A stretch of 64,000 bases of DNA from Candidatus Woesearchaeota archaeon. Lineage in GTDB: Archaea > Nanobdellota > Nanobdellia > Woesearchaeales > JAAOYA01. The position numbers were made by a program, and so were the translations under genes. Shown here one piece after another: positions 61,879 through 64,000 of the stretch (positions are counted from its first letter, which is position 1; each line of letters begins with the position of its first letter). The notes under the pieces were generated by a model. That model was not told where the DNA came from. It did not search any database and worked only from the letters and a program-made list of their open reading frames with translations. Location: assembly GCA_018221105.1 (NCBI GenBank), contig JAAOYA010000009.1, positions 1 through 64,000 of the forward strand. The letters run 5' to 3'.

Positions 61879-64000
61879 ATGAGCAGAATGAAAAAAACCG
61901 TCAACATCAAAGGAATGCACTGCGCATCATGCGTGCTAAACGTAGAAAAAAGCCTGAAAAAAGTATCTGGAGTTAAAAGCGCAGCAGTAAACCTAGCAAG
62001 CGAGAAAGCAACGGTAGAAATAGACAAAACAGTAACACACGAAAAATTAGCAAAAGCTGTCAAAGATGCAGGATACGACATAGAACAAGAAATTGATGGA
62101 TCAATATTAAATTTAAAAGTTTTGGGTATGGATAACGCGCACTGCATAGGAATTGTAGGCAGCGCATTAGACAAACTTGATGGCATAATAAACAAGGAAT
62201 TATTGCCAACACAAAAAGCTAAAATAACATATAATCCAAAAAAACTTGACACTGCAAGAATTCAACAAGTAATCAAAGATTCTGGCTATGAGAACTTTTT
62301 AGATACTGAAAGTGAAGATAAAGAAAAAAAAGCTCGTGACAAAGAAACCAAAACACTAAAAACAAAAACCTACACCGCACTAATTCTAGCACTGCCACTA
62401 TTGTATTTTGCAATGGGAGAGCATTTAGGACTGCCAATATCACAATATATAATGCAAAACATGGCATTAATACAGTTTCTAATAACAACTCCAATAATAC
62501 TAGTCGGTTACGAGTTTTACACCAAAGGAATAAAATCAGTAATCAAAGCAAAAACTGCTAACATGGACACGTTAGTAGCAGTAGGCACAGGCAGCGCGTA
62601 CTTGTACAGTTTATTAGCAGTCTTTAGTGGCAAAACAACAGACTTATTTTTTGAAGTTGCAGGAATACTAATAGCATTCATATTACTGGGGCGCTACCTT
62701 GAAGCTAAGGCTAAAGGCAAGACCAGTGAAGCAATAAAAAAACTTATTGGGTTGCAAGCAAAAACAGCTATAATAATTCGCAAAGGTAAAGAACTCACTG
62801 TGCCAATAGAACAAGTTGTTCTAGGAGATATTGTGATAGTCAAGCCAGGACAAAAAATTCCTGTAGACGGAACAGTTATCAGCGGTCACTCTTCAGTTGA
62901 TGAAAGCATGGTAAGTGGTGAGCCAATACCAGTAGAGAAAAGTAAAGGCTCAAAAGTCATTGGCGCGACAATCAATAAAACAGGCAGTTTTAAATTCAAA
63001 GCAGAAAAAATTGGTGCTGACACTTTTTTGGCACAAGTCATTAAACTAGTAGAAGAAGCTCAAGGCTCAAAAGCTCCAATACAACGATTAGCTGACGTGA
63101 TAGCATCGTATTTTGTTCCAGTAGTTGTTAGCATTGCAATAATAGCATCAACAATTTACTTTTTTATCAACGGCTTTGCTTTCGCGCTAAGCATTTTTGT
63201 CGCAGTACTAATCATTGCTTGTCCTTGCGCTTTAGGCTTGGCAACGCCAACAGCAATAATAGTAGGAACAGGTCTTGGAGCACAAAATGGAATATTGTAT
63301 AAGAATGCTGAGAGCTTGCAAAAAGCGCAAAAACTTAACACAATAGTATTTGATAAAACAGGAACAATCACAAAAGGAGAGCCAGCAGTCACTGATATTG
63401 TAAGCTTATCTGCAAGAAAACAAAATGAAATATTGCAATACGCTGCAATTTGCGAAAAAAACAGTGAACACCCACTAGCAGAAGCAATACTGCAAGCTGC
63501 CAAGAACAAAAAAATAACAGTTGATAATCCAACAAAATTCATCTCAATTACAGGAAAAGGAGTTCAAGCAACCTACAAAAACAATCAATTATTGCTTGGC
63601 AATACAACACTGTTCAAAGACAAAAAAATAACAGTTGACGCTCAAACAACAACAAAAATTGATACTTTAGAAAATAACGGCAAAACAGTAATGCTAATAG
63701 CAATCAACAAAAAACTTGAAGGTTTAATAGCAGTCGCTGACACATTAAAAGAAAATTCCAAAAACGCAATCAAAGCATTAAATGATTTAGGACTTCAAAC
63801 AATAATGATCACAGGGGACAATCAAAAAACAGCTGATGTGATAGCAAAACAAGTCGGAATAGATAAAGTTTTAGCGCAAGTTCTGCCACAAGATAAAGCA
63901 AAAAAAGTAAAAGAATTACAAGAACAAGGAAGTATTGTTGCAATGGTCGGTGATGGAATCAATGACGCTGTAGCACTAACACAAAGCGATGTAGGAATAG
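61879..64000 (+). CDS. copA: P1B-type Cu-transporting ATPase (runs off the window)
   Basis: Read directly: [56 protein letters not shown]. Confidence 0.93.
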   Translation, partial: MSRMKKTVNIKGMHCASCVLNVEKSLKKVSGVKSAAVNLASEKATVEIDKTVTHEKLAKAVKDAGYDIEQEIDGSILNLKVLGMDNAHCIGIVGSALDKLDGIINKELLPTQKAKITYNPKKLDTARIQQVIKDSGYENFLDTESEDKEKKARDKETKTLKTKTYTALILALPLLYFAMGEHLGLPISQYIMQNMALIQFLITTPIILVGYEFYTKGIKSVIKAKTANMDTLVAVGTGSAYLYSLLAVFSGKTTDLFFEVAGILIAFILLGRYLEAKAKGKTSEAIKKLIGLQAKTAIIIRKGKELTVPIEQVVLGDIVIVKPGQKIPVDGTVISGHSSVDESMVSGEPIPVEKSKGSKVIGATINKTGSFKFKAEKIGADTFLAQVIKLVEEAQGSKAPIQRLADVIASYFVPVVVSIAIIASTIYFFINGFAFALSIFVAVLIIACPCALGLATPTAIIVGTGLGAQNGILYKNAESLQKAQKLNTIVFDKTGTITKGEPAVTDIVSLSARKQNEILQYAAICEKNSEHPLAEAILQAAKNKKITVDNPTKFISITGKGVQATYKNNQLLLGNTTLFKDKKITVDAQTTTKIDTLENNGKTVMLIAINKKLEGLIAVADTLKENSKNAIKALNDLGLQTIMITGDNQKTADVIAKQVGIDKVLAQVLPQDKAKKVKELQEQGSIVAMVGDGINDAVALTQSDVGI

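Overview
AT-rich, gene-dense archaeal chromosome segment, most consistent with a DPANN archaeon (Woesearchaeota/Pacearchaeota-like; inferred from archaeal uL1-uL10-P1 genes, class I CCA enzyme, BHB-intron tRNAs, BRE/TATA promoters and pilin-like proteins). It carries RNA maturation genes (CCA enzyme, ThiI-like, archease-RtcB, three tRNAs, two with introns), ribosome genes and GTPases, fermentative metabolism (ppsA, bacterial-type gap, porCDAB), Cdc6, PINA, an HTH/RelE-like TA pair, two very large surface proteins and a copper/heavy-metal locus ending in a CopA that runs off the window. The most notable items are: (1) a metal locus apparently run by membrane-tethered wHTH regulators, one with a predicted external CxHxxxCxM site, together with helically phased TGAAAC repeats that recur beside a third such regulator; (2) a full-length family B polymerase with both active sites degenerate; (3) a GAPDH with a ~216-aa acidic N-terminal extension; (4) tandem 16-Cys secreted proteins. 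No CRISPR array, integrase or transposase was seen. All calls are by eye, with no database searches.
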